A stretch of DNA of 63,216 bases, the filler included, from Basidiobolus ranarum (Eukaryota): the NCBI GenBank assembly GCA_040143965.1. It is 38 parts of 38 records of this genome, joined end to end, with 100 filler letters (N's around TTAATTAATTAA, not from the genome) between each part and the next. Parts side by side here need not be neighbours in the genome. Positions count along the whole stretch, not along the records: positions 23,403 to 24,971 come from JASJQH010011698.1; positions 25,072 to 26,639 come from JASJQH010011699.1; positions 26,740 to 28,307 come from JASJQH010011700.1; positions 28,408 to 29,974 come from JASJQH010011701.1; positions 30,075 to 31,640 come from JASJQH010011702.1; positions 31,741 to 33,306 come from JASJQH010011703.1; positions 33,407 to 34,972 come from JASJQH010011704.1; 31 more parts are not named here. The stretch is one strand, 5' to 3'. Numbering within the stretch: position 1 is the stretch's first letter; each line of letters begins with the position of its first letter. Under the pieces are notes generated by a model. The model saw nothing but the letters and a program-made list of their open reading frames with translations, did not search any database and was not told where the DNA came from. The position numbers and the translations under genes are program-made. Shown in pieces: positions 23,560 through 35,072 of the stretch.

Positions 23560-24563
23560 CAATGCTAATATGATTAACAATGTATCAGCCAAATCAGTAA
23601 TAGACATAATGCAATGGGTTAAGGAGACTACAGAGTATATAAATGTTCCAACAAATGGCTCTTTTCAATGAACTTGTTCCATTATGCCAGGATTTATTGG
23701 ACCTTGGATCACAATATTAGAGTAAATGTGATTGAAATTGATTATGCCAGAGGGTGATGGATATTGCCAAATTGTGCCACATAAATTTTAAAATACTTTA
23801 TCCAATATGATACATACAGCACAATCTGGCATTATCACAGAGAACAAGTCCAATGTGCTCCCTGGTTTTCACATTGTTTGAGCATAAAAACAGCTACAAA
23901 GCCCAATCCATCAATACAGAGTAAGTACTATTATAATTTGGACTAATTTGTTTGTATGATAATCTGATGGTATTTTGAGGAAAGCTGCAAGAAAGACTTC
24001 TTGGTGAGATAGATCCAGATAGGCAGTATTATTATTTTAGCCATGGGGTAAGCTATTCAAGCCATGACACATCTTCTTGTGGCAGGACATTTGTTGACTG
24101 CAAGTTGGGGATATATTGGCTGAATTCTTTACAGAAATCTGCAAAAATCCAAGATCTTATTCTCATTTTGAACAGTAACAAGAGTCAGTAATTTGCCAAG
24201 TGTCAGTGATATTCAAAATTTCAGATGTTTGGCAATTTTTCCACCATTAGTATGCTGGTAAAGCATATTGATATTGTTGAGATATGTCTGAACAGTCAAA
24301 TATGTGCATATATAGAGAGTGAACATAACAAGATTCTTGTATTTTTGATTCTTGTTATGACTGGAATACAAAGCCTCAAATATCTAAATAAAGGCATGCA
24401 TATTAATTCAAATTTCTACAGTGGTAAACCCAGTAATTTGCCATTCATAAAGTATATTTTTGCAAAAATTGCTGGATATTGAATAAAGCATGTCAAACTT
24501 GAGGATCAATGTTTTAACATGTATAAATACTGTCAAAATACCATCAAGAAACTGCCATCGCAC
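23560..24563 (+). mobile_element. CACTA-like transposase 3' region, degenerate
   Basis: Aligns with 57600-58239 and 43880-44690. Confidence 0.85.
23671..23850. mobile_element. ~180-bp MITE, copy 2 (opposite orientation)
   Basis: AACTTGTTC...GAACAAGTC flanked by CAATG at 23666-23670 and 23851-23855; empty site TTTCAATGTGCT at ~57702. Confidence 0.88.
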
Positions 24564-24953
24564 AATTAGAAAAATATGGGCTGTTTGGAGGAACTTTAGA
24601 AAAGTGCAGTTGTGAATAGCTTTGTAAGATAATTATTTATTGTCCAGAAATAAAGCATTTATACTTTTTGATGGAAATACAGAAAACTAACACTGATGTT
24701 GTGTTCAGAACATCTGTGGGAGTAAAATGAGCTACCTTTGGGGCAATTTGGATAAGTGTGAAATTTCCAATATGGAATTGCTAATTCTCACATTATTTGC
24801 ATATATATATAATATATGTACCAATTCTCAGCTAAGTGATATTTGACTAAGTAATGTTAATAACTTATATGTGATATATGAAATAGTTAGGTGTATAAAG
24901 ATAGAGATAACAAATATGATAAAGACAATAAACTTCAACACTCCCACTCAACT
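24564..24953 (-). repeat. 3' LTR2 (to 24940) with polypurine tract (24941-24953)
   Basis: Minus strand reads AGTTGAGTGGGAG|TGTTGAAG. Confidence 0.9.
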
Positions 24954-25071
24954 AAATATTCATATATCTTANNNNNNNNNNNNNNNNNNNNNNNNNNNNN
25001 NNNNNNNNNNNNNNNTTAATTAATTAANNNNNNNNNNNNNNNNNNNNNNNNNNNNNNNNNNNNNNNNNNNN

Positions 25072-25683
25072 CTGCCTCTGCTACTACACAAGAAGCTATG
25101 TGGTTAAGGAAGTTATTTACAGACTTAGTATACATGCAAAAACATGCTATTACTGTATTTGAAGATAATCAAAGTTGTATTTTATTAGCAAAAACCCTAC
25201 ATTCATGCTGGAACAAAACATATAGATATTAGGGATCATTTTGTTAGAGAAGCAATAAAGAATGATATAATTGAACTTGTCTATTGCCCTACTGAAGAAA
25301 TGATAGCTGATATCTTAACCAAACCTTTAGCAAAAGCACAATTTGAATTTTTAGGATATAAGTTAGGTTCAAGAGAAATACAAAATAATTAGTTGAGTGG
25401 GAATATTGAAATTAGGTAAATAGCAACTCATTATTTAATAGTTATTTTATTCATATTCTGATTATTTAGTGCTCAATTCTGTCATTCAAAAACGTGTGTT
25501 TAGTGTTCTAATTGATAGAAATATCAAATAGATCACTTTTACCAATTTTGACTATTTTCTCAAAACTTCCCCAAATCACCTCAAATTTTGACCCATGCTT
25601 AACAGGCTTGTTTGTTATGATATAAGCATGTCCAGTAGTACTATTTCATAGTAAACTACAAATAGGACATATTTAATTCAACA
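25072..25683 (+). mobile_element. 3' end of a copia element: RNase H C-terminus, PPT, LTR type 4 (25404-25683)
   Basis: QEAMWLR, FEDNQSCI, TKHIDIR, EMIADILTKPL; AGTTGAGTGGGAA then TATTGAA...TTCAACA; second LTR4 copy at 51702-51924. Confidence 0.9.
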
Positions 25684-25725
25684 AAACTTAAGTGTCTAAT
25701 TCACAAATCCCAATCTTGTCCAAAA

Positions 25726-25870
25726 CACTTCTAAATCCCCTAAACACTTTTATCACAAACGTTGACTTTTCAGATACTGGTAGTGATATCCATCAAGTAT
25801 CCTGGTAATACCATCAGCTTTACGGTTAGTACTTTGGTATTAATAACAGTGTTTAGGGGATTTGGAAGTG
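25726..25870. repeat. Imperfect inverted repeat (23-bp outer arms)
   Basis: CACTTCTAAATCCCCTAAACACT (25726-25748) versus AGTGTTTAGGGGATTTGGAAGTG (25848-25870), 22/23 complementary. Confidence 0.8.
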
Positions 25871-25911
25871 CATCACTGTAACCTTCAAAATTTTGTGCAC
25901 CAGCAGTGGCA

Positions 25912-26639
25912 GAGTATTCCAGAACTAGATCTATAGTTCCTCTCAAATGCCTTTATATTTGTTTTACTGCAGTTTTGTGCTCAGATCCTGGTTTTTGAGA
26001 TAATGGCTGACAACTCCCACTGCCACAGCAATGTCTGGAGGTGTTCCAACTATTGTAAACATTGAACTACCAACCATGGATTAATAAGGGAACTCCTGGC
26101 CTTGATTTAAGTCATTTTAAGCCAAATCATATGAAATTTTAATTGATTTCACATTGGGATCCATTGATGTTGATACTGGCTTGCTATTCTCTGTGTTGAA
26201 ACATTTTAGGATGTCCAGGATGTATCTAGACTGATTCAGCATGATTTTCTCACTGGGTTTATCTCTCATGCTTTGTATTTCAAGAAAATGACTAAATTCA
26301 CCCATATCAGTCATCTGAAATTGTTTGATAAGCTGCTTTTTGTCTGATTAACTGCTTGTAGATCATTTGTGGCCATGATTAGGTCATCCACATAGTGCCA
26401 AGATAAGGATCCGATTTCCAGTAGGTTTCATGTCAATACTGTGATCTGCTGTGCATTTTTAGAATTCCAGAGATTCGAAATAGGTATCTATCTTGTTGTA
26501 CCATGCCCTGTGTGCTTTCTTGAGTCCATAGAGCAGTTTTTATCAGTTTACAGACCATATCCGGATGTTTGGGGTCATCAAATCCATCTGTATGCTCCAT
26601 ATAGATCTCTTCTTCTGGATTTCCATTTAGAAAGGCTAT
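25912..26639 (-). mobile_element. Degenerate copia RT (second pol family)
   Basis: YVDDL, MTDMGE, TPPDIA remnants; homologous to 34290-34972. Confidence 0.9.
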
Positions 26640-26739
26640 NNNNNNNNNNNNNNNNNNNNNNNNNNNNNNNNNNNNNNNNNNNNTTAATTAATTAANNNNN
26701 NNNNNNNNNNNNNNNNNNNNNNNNNNNNNNNNNNNNNNN

Positions 26740-28307
26740 ACACATTGTAATGGATTGCTGTCTTTGTAGATTGCTCTCAGGTGTCAGATCTCCATCCAAC
26801 AAAGTGGAAGGTTGATTAATTCTTGCAGTTGGCCTTTGTTACTGTTGTGTGGTAGTACACATTAAACCAGTATGTCTTTCTGGTGGCATGCTCCTTGGAG
26901 CTGACTCTTCTCCAGATGTAAAAAGCTCACTGGTTGGTTTGATTGAATCAGGTAAATCATGCACTACAATGCATGAGAATGGGGCTGTCCTCTTTCTGGT
27001 TCTTGATTGACTGCTTGCTCTTCATCCAAAATGGGAGAAACATCATGGACTCTTCCAAGCTGGCATTGCTGTCAATGTGTACAACTAGCTGATGAACCAA
27101 CTTGTTGGGCTCTTGCCCTTGTTGCTGATGTTACCTCAATTCAAGTGGTGAGATGTGTAAATTCTTCTTGTGAAATAGATACCTTGTCAGGAGTCTCTTT
27201 GATTTGGAGTGATCTATTACATCTCTGCAATGGCCTAGACTGCTCCAATTCACCTTTGGGAATATCTTGTGATTCAATAAATTGTCTTGCTTCTCTCTTT
27301 ACACCTCTGTTGATTACTCTTGCCATAGTGTCCTGAAATGTTGTTTTGAACTCTGCAACCTCCATCAACAGTTGCTGCAAAGTCTCATTAGGTAGTGGTA
27401 TATATCTATTTAGAACATCTTTTGTCTCTAAAGTTGAGGCTGCAATGGTCACTTGTGGTCCATATAAGCAAAAACATGATTAGAATTGTGTCTTTGCAGA
27501 CTCAGAATTAAAATTTCTATTTCTCAATTCACACTTTCTATCTGCATGAGTCTTATTGTATATTTTCTTCCAGACTTCTGAAGGCATGAAGATATAGTAT
27601 TCTCTGCAAAGCAGAGTCAAAAGTTGCTTCCACTTTTTTCTAATGCCCTCTTCCCCAGCTTCTGTCAAGTTTATCAATAACTCCCATATATCTAAGCAAG
27701 AATTCATAGTGGACACCTGGGCATCTGTAAAATCATTAGGTGCATGCTGCTTTGCACCACCCACACCTTTATTTGACTGTGCATACAAAGTTTTGGAAGT
27801 GGTGGCTTCCTGTACCAAAGTAGGTTGTGAATCAGCAAGAACCTGTTTTAACATCATACATAACTAACATATATATCTATGATGTTAGACTTTATTGGTT
27901 TCAGCCAGAATTAGGGATCTTTTTATAATATTGGTTAAAATGTCAAAGTTAATTTCCTATAGTGTGATCAAGCATAATGCATTCTGCTTTGAGCTGTTTT
28001 GATATGTATGATAAATAAATTGATTTGGATCAAACTATGATTAACTTTGCTGATGCAGTTAATTATAAAATTTCCATGCAATTACACCTAATTGAATTAA
28101 TTAGGATAATAAACACAAACAGAAGTTTCAATATACAGAATGAAGGGAATTTTATCATGATAATTGAAATTCTTAGATAAATAGCTTGCATGTGCCAGAT
28201 TGATCAGTATCATGCCAGCTCAATACAAGATTAATATCATGCTATCCATCTACTCCAAATGGCCATTCCTCATTAATACAAAAGCAACTACTGGCTTTCC
28301 TAGCACC
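26740..28307. mobile_element. PIF/Harbinger-like element copy: accessory ORF (minus, to 27857) and start of the divergent transposase (plus, ~28240 on)
   Basis: Colinear with 53362-54440. Confidence 0.75.
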
Positions 28308-28407
28308 NNNNNNNNNNNNNNNNNNNNNNNNNNNNNNNNNNNNNNNNNNNNTTAATTAATTAANNNNNNNNNNNNNNNNNNNNNNNNNNNNNNNNNNNNN
28401 NNNNNNN

Positions 28408-29974
28408 ACAATGCCTCTGTAGACAACTTGGAAATACTAATTAATGCAAAGGTTTCTTAGGCAGAAAACCATAATGATTTCTATGCTATCCTAATTAAAC
28501 ACTACTAGTTGCTATATAGGCCATGACAAGCAATAATGCCTCAATATTGCAATTAATACAGTATTCTGAGGCAACTAGTCAAAAGTTGGAAAGTAACTTG
28601 ACAATGATAGAAGACACTCAGAATGCTGTACTTTAGCTACCGCCACATGCTTTTCCTCCCTCCATTCTCATGTGGAACTTCAATCAATCCTGCACCATAT
28701 ATATGAATTTCACCATGACAATCTGGCAGAGCAGAATATGTGTTTGACCATTAAGCCCACACAACAACCCGTAATTGCTTGGGTACATGAAAGTAGAGAT
28801 CTCATAAAATGACCATTAAACTCAAAGACTTTGCATGTCAGAGCCACTTTCACTTGTTCTAATGTTAAATGATTTAAAAATTTGATGTTGTACAGAATCT
28901 TGCCCAAAATCACCTTGATATGATTCAATAGTGGAAAAACCAAAAACCAAGCATTATTCTGAAGGTTCTTGACTTATTTCATGTGGCTTATCCCAGGTTT
29001 TCAAGCAAATGATAACTGTGCTAGTATATGCCTATTCATGAAACATCTCAAGAATGTAGGCAATCATTGACTTGGAAAAGGAAGAAAAGCAGCTTGAGCA
29101 GTACCTAAGGAGCTGGAAGTTAGTTAACCCAAGAGAAAAGCAAAAGGAGCCGGTAAGTTGAGGCTCCACTGTCCTGCTGACCAAATGCTTTACACCATTG
29201 CAAGGAGCTTTACTTCCAGAGTCCAATATACCCACAGATATGCTGGCAAAGAGATTGAGTTAACTATAGAACAAAGCACACCAGTTGAAAGAGTGCAAAA
29301 GTTGGATGGCTATCCAACACCTGCCAAATTCTTTGCACTATGACAAAGATCTTTATTTCCAGAGTTAGATGCACTGCCAAAAAAGCTTCATTTCACCATA
29401 GAACCAGGTACACTAGTTTGAAGATTGCTAAATATGGAAGTTTATCCAATACCTGACACCTCTCAACCAGCTAAAACACCAGCAAATAAAACTCATGACT
29501 CTCCCCCCTGAAATGGTACTTTCAAGGAGGCAAAATTTGCCCCAATCTTAAAGACAAGCAAAAAGCTACCCAAACACTGCAAAGTACACTGAGTAGTTTT
29601 GCATTAGAAGGTGATAGAAAAAAGTAAAAGTGGTTGAAGATCATCTTCAATAGTACAAAGATAAATTGCAGTGTATGTATGCAGAAAGTGGCTTCAGAAG
29701 AACATTCAACTTGACATTTAGTCTAGTGTTGACCATGCATATATTTAGGAAGACCATGTTAAAGAGTGTTGCAATATTGCAGGGCATTGGCCAGATAGCT
29801 TAAATAATGTTGATTCTGCAATGTTAACACAATTGTGGGCTTGAATAGTTATATTTTAGTGTGACACTACTAAGGGTGCTTTGTGGTGTTTGTGCAGCTT
29901 TTTGCTTGCCTTTAACTTTGGGGCAAATTTCATCACCTTGAAAAGTGCCAGTTGAGGTTGGAGAGCCATGAGTT
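28408..29974. mobile_element. Rearranged CACTA-like ORF2 copies (internal duplication; inverted second copy from ~29860)
   Basis: Aligns with 20550-21633; 29335-29460 repeats 29190-29325; 29860-29974 is a reverse-complement copy of ~29490-29605. Confidence 0.78.
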
Positions 29975-30074
29975 NNNNNNNNNNNNNNNNNNNNNNNNNN
30001 NNNNNNNNNNNNNNNNNNTTAATTAATTAANNNNNNNNNNNNNNNNNNNNNNNNNNNNNNNNNNNNNNNNNNNN

Positions 30075-31640
30075 AAACCGCCTGCCGATATGAATGTTGG
30101 ATGCAGTGATCAACTTGCCCCCCATCTTATCAATTATAATCCGGGTCAAGGTTAAAGAGCGCCCTTTCATTTCAAATTGACCACCTATTGAGCCATTTGC
30201 TTGAGCTAATGGGTCGAAGTCAATCTCAAGGTATTGCGAGGGAACTAATCGATTGGGACATTCGATCAAGTATTTGATTGTAACATAGCCGTCAACATCG
30301 GAAACAGTGGTCATTTTCAGAGTGATTTCAGCTTCAGCATTCTGTTCTTCGAAGATAGGTGAATCCAGGATTAAATATCCCAACCGATGAATCACTGACT
30401 GAAGTCTAGACGAGTCACACAGTATCTTCACATCACCCAGGCCTTCAATAATAGTATTGATGTGATAGTTTCTTCCTTCAATGGAGGTGAAACTACATTT
30501 GAGAAGGGTCAGCAGATAATCCAAGTCAATACATTTTTCCTTGAGGACTAAGTCGTTATTCTTCAGATTAGCCAAATCCAACACCTCGTTAACAAGCTCA
30601 CTTAAGAACTTGGCTGAACTCAGAATATTTTCTAGTTCCTCTGACGAGTGAGAGATCTCTTTCTGCTCCATTAATAGTCTAGCGTATCCACTGATGGCAT
30701 GAACTGGGTTTCGAATTTCGTGACACAGATATAACAAAATGTCTCCTTTGGATTTGTTGGCTATTTCGGCGTCCTTCTTGGCATTCCATAAATCGATCGC
30801 CGCTTGCTTTTTGGTGGAAATATCTCGAAATGTGACTACTTGGGCATAATTCGACCCGACAACTGTTTGAGCACTGAAATTTGCTTCGGCGTAAAACTGA
30901 GTTCCATCCTTACAGGTGATAGTAACTTCTCGCATTCCTGGTTCAATCACCACAGAGGACAGATCATTTGGCTCCCGCGCTATGCTGATCACATTCCTTA
31001 CAAAAAGGTCTACCGAGCTGTTGATGTCTCTGGAGGTATATCCAGTCCGAGTCAATGCGTAGGTGTTTGCACCGGTGATCCTTCCCTCACGATCGAACAG
31101 AATAAGTGGGTCTGTGATGGACATCAGGATGGCCTTGCTGTTTGTGGCCATGTTTTTTACCAAAGCGTTGGAATTTTGCAACATCATGTGCCCCAAAGAG
31201 GCCTGTTTTCTTGCTTTAAAATACCTCTTGGTGAATACAAAGAGCAACATCGTCGAGAAGGTGATACAAATGATGATCGCAAGTAGTAAGAAAAGTTGTG
31301 TACTGGTGGTGAGAAGATCTGCCTTATGCGCGTAACACTGTATTTGCCACTCACGATCGGCAAAATTCAAATTAGTGGTAATCCCATCTAGTGGAAATGC
31401 ATTGGCATCCTCATGACCATCAGTATATAGTATAGTATCACTCCCTGATTTATCTATTATACGTATATGATTATCCTCTGAAGTATCAATGAAAGAGACA
31501 ACCGATGCGAGAAGTGATTCCATTCCGACCGTGATACCTATCAGGCCGCTTATGTTTCTATATATACTGTGCTCCGCATTAATTGGAGGATTTCCTGCGT
31601 TAGGTTTTGCTTCGACAGACGAGGAATTTGATTTTTTTAC
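30075..31640 (-). CDS. Membrane sensor histidine kinase-like protein: CHASE-like end, TM helix, PAS, HisKA, degenerate HATPase (both ends missing)
   Basis: Frame open across the whole contig; GLIGITVGMESLL...LNFADREWQIQCY, hydrophobic helix, DPLILFDREGRITGAN...TGYT...FRDIS (PAS), ANKSK...LCHEIRNPVHAISG (H box). Confidence 0.92.
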
Positions 31641-31740
31641 NNNNNNNNNNNNNNNNNNNNNNNNNNNNNNNNNNNNNNNNNNNNTTAATTAATTAANNNN
31701 NNNNNNNNNNNNNNNNNNNNNNNNNNNNNNNNNNNNNNNN

Positions 31741-32481
31741 GGTAACAATGGTGGAAACAACGCAGGAACTGTCGCCACTTGCCCCGATATTGTAGCCAAG
31801 GTCAAACTTCTCGGTATTCAAGTCGATGCAAATGTGTGTTTGAGCGGTGGGAACAATGGACCCAACGCTCCTCCCCTCTCTGGTGGAAGTAGCTGCCCAG
31901 ATATTGTTGCCGATGCCAACTTACTCGGCATCAAGGTCAACGCTCAAGTTTGCTTAGGTGGTGGAAGCGGTAATGGTGGCAATGGAGGAAACAACAGCGG
32001 TAACAACGGAGGAAATGGAGCCACTTGCCCCGATATTGTAGCCAAGGTCAAACTTCTCGGTATTCAAGTCGACGCCAACGTATGCTTGAGTGGTGGAAAC
32101 AATGGACCCAACGCTCCTCCTCTCTCCGGTGGAAGTAGCTGCCCAGATATTGTCGCTGACGCCAATTTACTCGGTATCAAGATCAATGCTAGTGTTTGCC
32201 TAGGCGGTGGTAACTCTGGAAACCCAGCTGGAAACAATGGTGGCAATAACGGTACCCCTTCATCTCCTGGATGTCCCGACATTACTGCTCGCCTCGTTGC
32301 TGGAGGAATTCGTGCCAATGCCTTCGTTTGTTTGAGTGGTGGGGAGGCTCCAAACACAGGATCCAATGTACCTACCGGAGGCAATTCTCGTATGTGTAAT
32401 GGTATTAGAGCACGTATTAACGCTCTTGGAATCCAAGTCAGAGCTGTTGTCTGCCTTCCACGCATTGAAATTAGGATTTAG
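31741..32481 (+). CDS. Repeat protein with six Cys-bounded hydrophobic modules and G/N-rich linkers (5' end missing)
   Basis: Frame open from the contig edge; modules such as CPDIVAKVKLLGIQVDANVCL and CPDIVADANLLGIKVNAQVCL; repeats differ mostly at synonymous sites; AATAAA downstream. Confidence 0.9.
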   Translation, partial: GNNGGNNAGTVATCPDIVAKVKLLGIQVDANVCLSGGNNGPNAPPLSGGSSCPDIVADANLLGIKVNAQVCLGGGSGNGGNGGNNSGNNGGNGATCPDIVAKVKLLGIQVDANVCLSGGNNGPNAPPLSGGSSCPDIVADANLLGIKINASVCLGGGNSGNPAGNNGGNNGTPSSPGCPDITARLVAGGIRANAFVCLSGGEAPNTGSNVPTGGNSRMCNGIRARINALGIQVRAVVCLPRIEIRI

Positions 32482-33157
32482 GTGCATATAGCGGCAATTA
32501 TATTCCAATACCTAGATAACTTTAATTGAAATCACACACCGATTCAACTGAGTGCAAATATCAATAAATAAACCAATTTAACCATCAAATTGCAAATTCA
32601 ATTAATCGGAAAAAGTCTACACTGGTTCATGAAATAAATTATTGGAAGTGGTAAGAGTACTTGACGTAATAGTAATGTACAAAGCAGCGTGTTCATTAAA
32701 GAAATGCATAAACTCCTTTAAGTTAAGCAGTATTTCCGTACTATGGAATTACATAGGCGAATACTATTTGGCACGATCTAATAATAATAACTATTGTTTG
32801 ACTCACTGTACTATTTTAGTTGATCCTTCTTAGGAAGTGGTTAGAAATAATGATTTCAAGAAGGAAGTGGTTAGTGATAGTGATATTAAAAATAAGGAGA
32901 AGGGTGAAAAATGGATATGAAAGCAATGTTAAAACCGATTAAATTGAAATTTAAGCATCTGTATTCTACAGTCTGCATCACCCCTTGATTATACATCCAA
33001 GGTTCTTCAACTTCAAGGGGTTAAGCATATTTGACTGCTATAAATACGAGTTCAGGTTCGAACTCTAAAATCATTCAAGCTATTCATCTCATATACATTC
33101 ATTTAATTACATTGAACTACTTAGTAACAACCAGTTCATCCTTACACCTAGTATAAT

Positions 33158-33306
33158 ATGAAATTTTCTTCTAGAGCCATCTTATTCTTCTCTGCTGTTG
33201 CTGCCTTAGGAGGGACCTCAGCTGCACCGCCACATTACAAAGAGAAGTCCGGTGATGGCTATTGTCGCGGAATTGTTGCGAAATTAAATCTACTAGGTGC
33301 CAATAT
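33158..33306 (+). CDS. Secreted paralog of the upstream repeat protein (5' part)
   Basis: TATAAA at ~33039; signal peptide MKFSSRAILFFSAVAALGGTSA; module start CRGIVAKLNLLGAN. Confidence 0.85.
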
Positions 33307-33406
33307 NNNNNNNNNNNNNNNNNNNNNNNNNNNNNNNNNNNNNNNNNNNNTTAATTAATTAANNNNNNNNNNNNNNNNNNNNNNNNNNNNNNNNNNNNNN
33401 NNNNNN

Positions 33407-34972
33407 CCAATATTGGGCTGAATCTGTCTCCACTGCAGTCTATGTCCAAAACAGATGCCCAACAAGATTACTACAAAATCACACTCCATTAGAAGCCCTA
33501 TATGTATTAAAACCAAATGAGTATCATCTCAGGATCTTTGGTTGCACAGCTTATCGTCTAATTCTAGCTCAAAAATGCTCTAAACTGGATCCCCAAAGCA
33601 GAGAATGCATGTTTCTTGTTTACTCTGATGGATCTAAGGCATATGGACTATGTGATACCAAAAATCACAAGTTAATCAGGTGCAGAGATGTGATTTTTGA
33701 TGAAAAAGCAGATTTGTTGTCTCAAATTGCAATTCTTGATCCAGAAAACACAATCAGCATTATTCAGGAAGTGTCTGACAAAGTTCAAGCTGTATCCAAG
33801 CCACATTTAATCAACATCCCGATCCCTATTACATCAGACGTAGATTCAGGACCCAGAAGATCATCCAGAAGGAGAAATAAGCAAGGAAACTGCTGGAATA
33901 CTTCCAATGATGATGTATATACCAATGCAGCATTCTGTGAGAAGCCACACACTCTAGATCAAGCTCTTGAATGTCCAGTATCAAAATTATGGGAACAAGC
34001 AATTTCTGATGAGAATTTTTCACTTCATGACAATAAAATGTTGGTTTAAAGTCCTCTACTATCTGGGAGGAAGCCAATAGGTTGCAAATGTGCCTACAAA
34101 GTCAAAAACCAACCTGATGGAACCATAGAAAGATTCAAAGTAAGATTAGTTGCAAAAGGTAACTCACAGACACCAGGAGTTAATTTTGATGAAACCTTTG
34201 CTCTAGTAGCTAAGTTTAAACCCACTTAATAAATCCTGGCACTCTCAGCCATCCATAACCTAGCTTTACATCAAATGAAAGTAAAAACAGCCTGTTTGAA
34301 TGGAAATCTTGAAGAAGAGATCTATATGGAGCTATCAGGTAGATTTGTGGCCCAAAACACCCTGATATGGTCTGTAACTCCAAAGATCACTATAAAGACT
34401 CAAGCAAGCGCCATGGTACAACAAGATAGATACCTATTTGGAATCATTAGAATTCAAAAATTGCACAGCAGATCATAATATTGATATCAAATCCACTGGA
34501 AATAAGATCCTTGTCTTGGCACTATATGTGGATGACTTGATCATAGCCACAAATGATCTAGAAGCACTTAATCAGACAAAAAGCAGCTTATCAAATTAAA
34601 TTCAGATGACTGATATGGGTAAATCAAGTTATTTTCTTGGAACCCAAATCAAGAGAGATAAACCTAATCAGAAACACATGCTGAATCAGTCTGGAAGAAT
34701 CCTAGACATCCCAAAATGCTTCAACATGGAGAATAGCAAGCCTGGATGTACACCAATGGATCTCAATGTGAAATTTGTAAATATTTCATCCAATTTGGCC
34801 CAAAATGACTCAAATCAAATCCAGGAGTAACCTTATTGATCCATGGTGGGTAGTTAAATATATATAATGGTTTGAACACATCTGGACATTGCTATGGCAG
34901 TGGGAAATGTCAGCCAATATTTCAAAAATCCAGGATCTGAGCACAAAACTGCAGTACAACAACTATTCAGGT
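33407..34972 (+). mobile_element. Degenerate copia integrase and RT (second pol family)
   Basis: [38 protein letters not shown] remnants. Confidence 0.93.
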
Positions 34973-35072
34973 NNNNNNNNNNNNNNNNNNNNNNNNNNNN
35001 NNNNNNNNNNNNNNNNTTAATTAATTAANNNNNNNNNNNNNNNNNNNNNNNNNNNNNNNNNNNNNNNNNNNN

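Noticed and set aside
30804-31335. Plus-strand ORFs of 160 and 90 aa
   Set aside because: Antisense shadows of the histidine kinase.
32064-32508. Minus-strand ORFs of 133 and 82 aa
   Set aside because: Antisense shadows of the repeat protein.
30075-33306. Apparent cluster of a sensor kinase next to secreted repeat proteins
   Set aside because: They are on different contigs separated by a linker; adjacency reflects only similar contig length.
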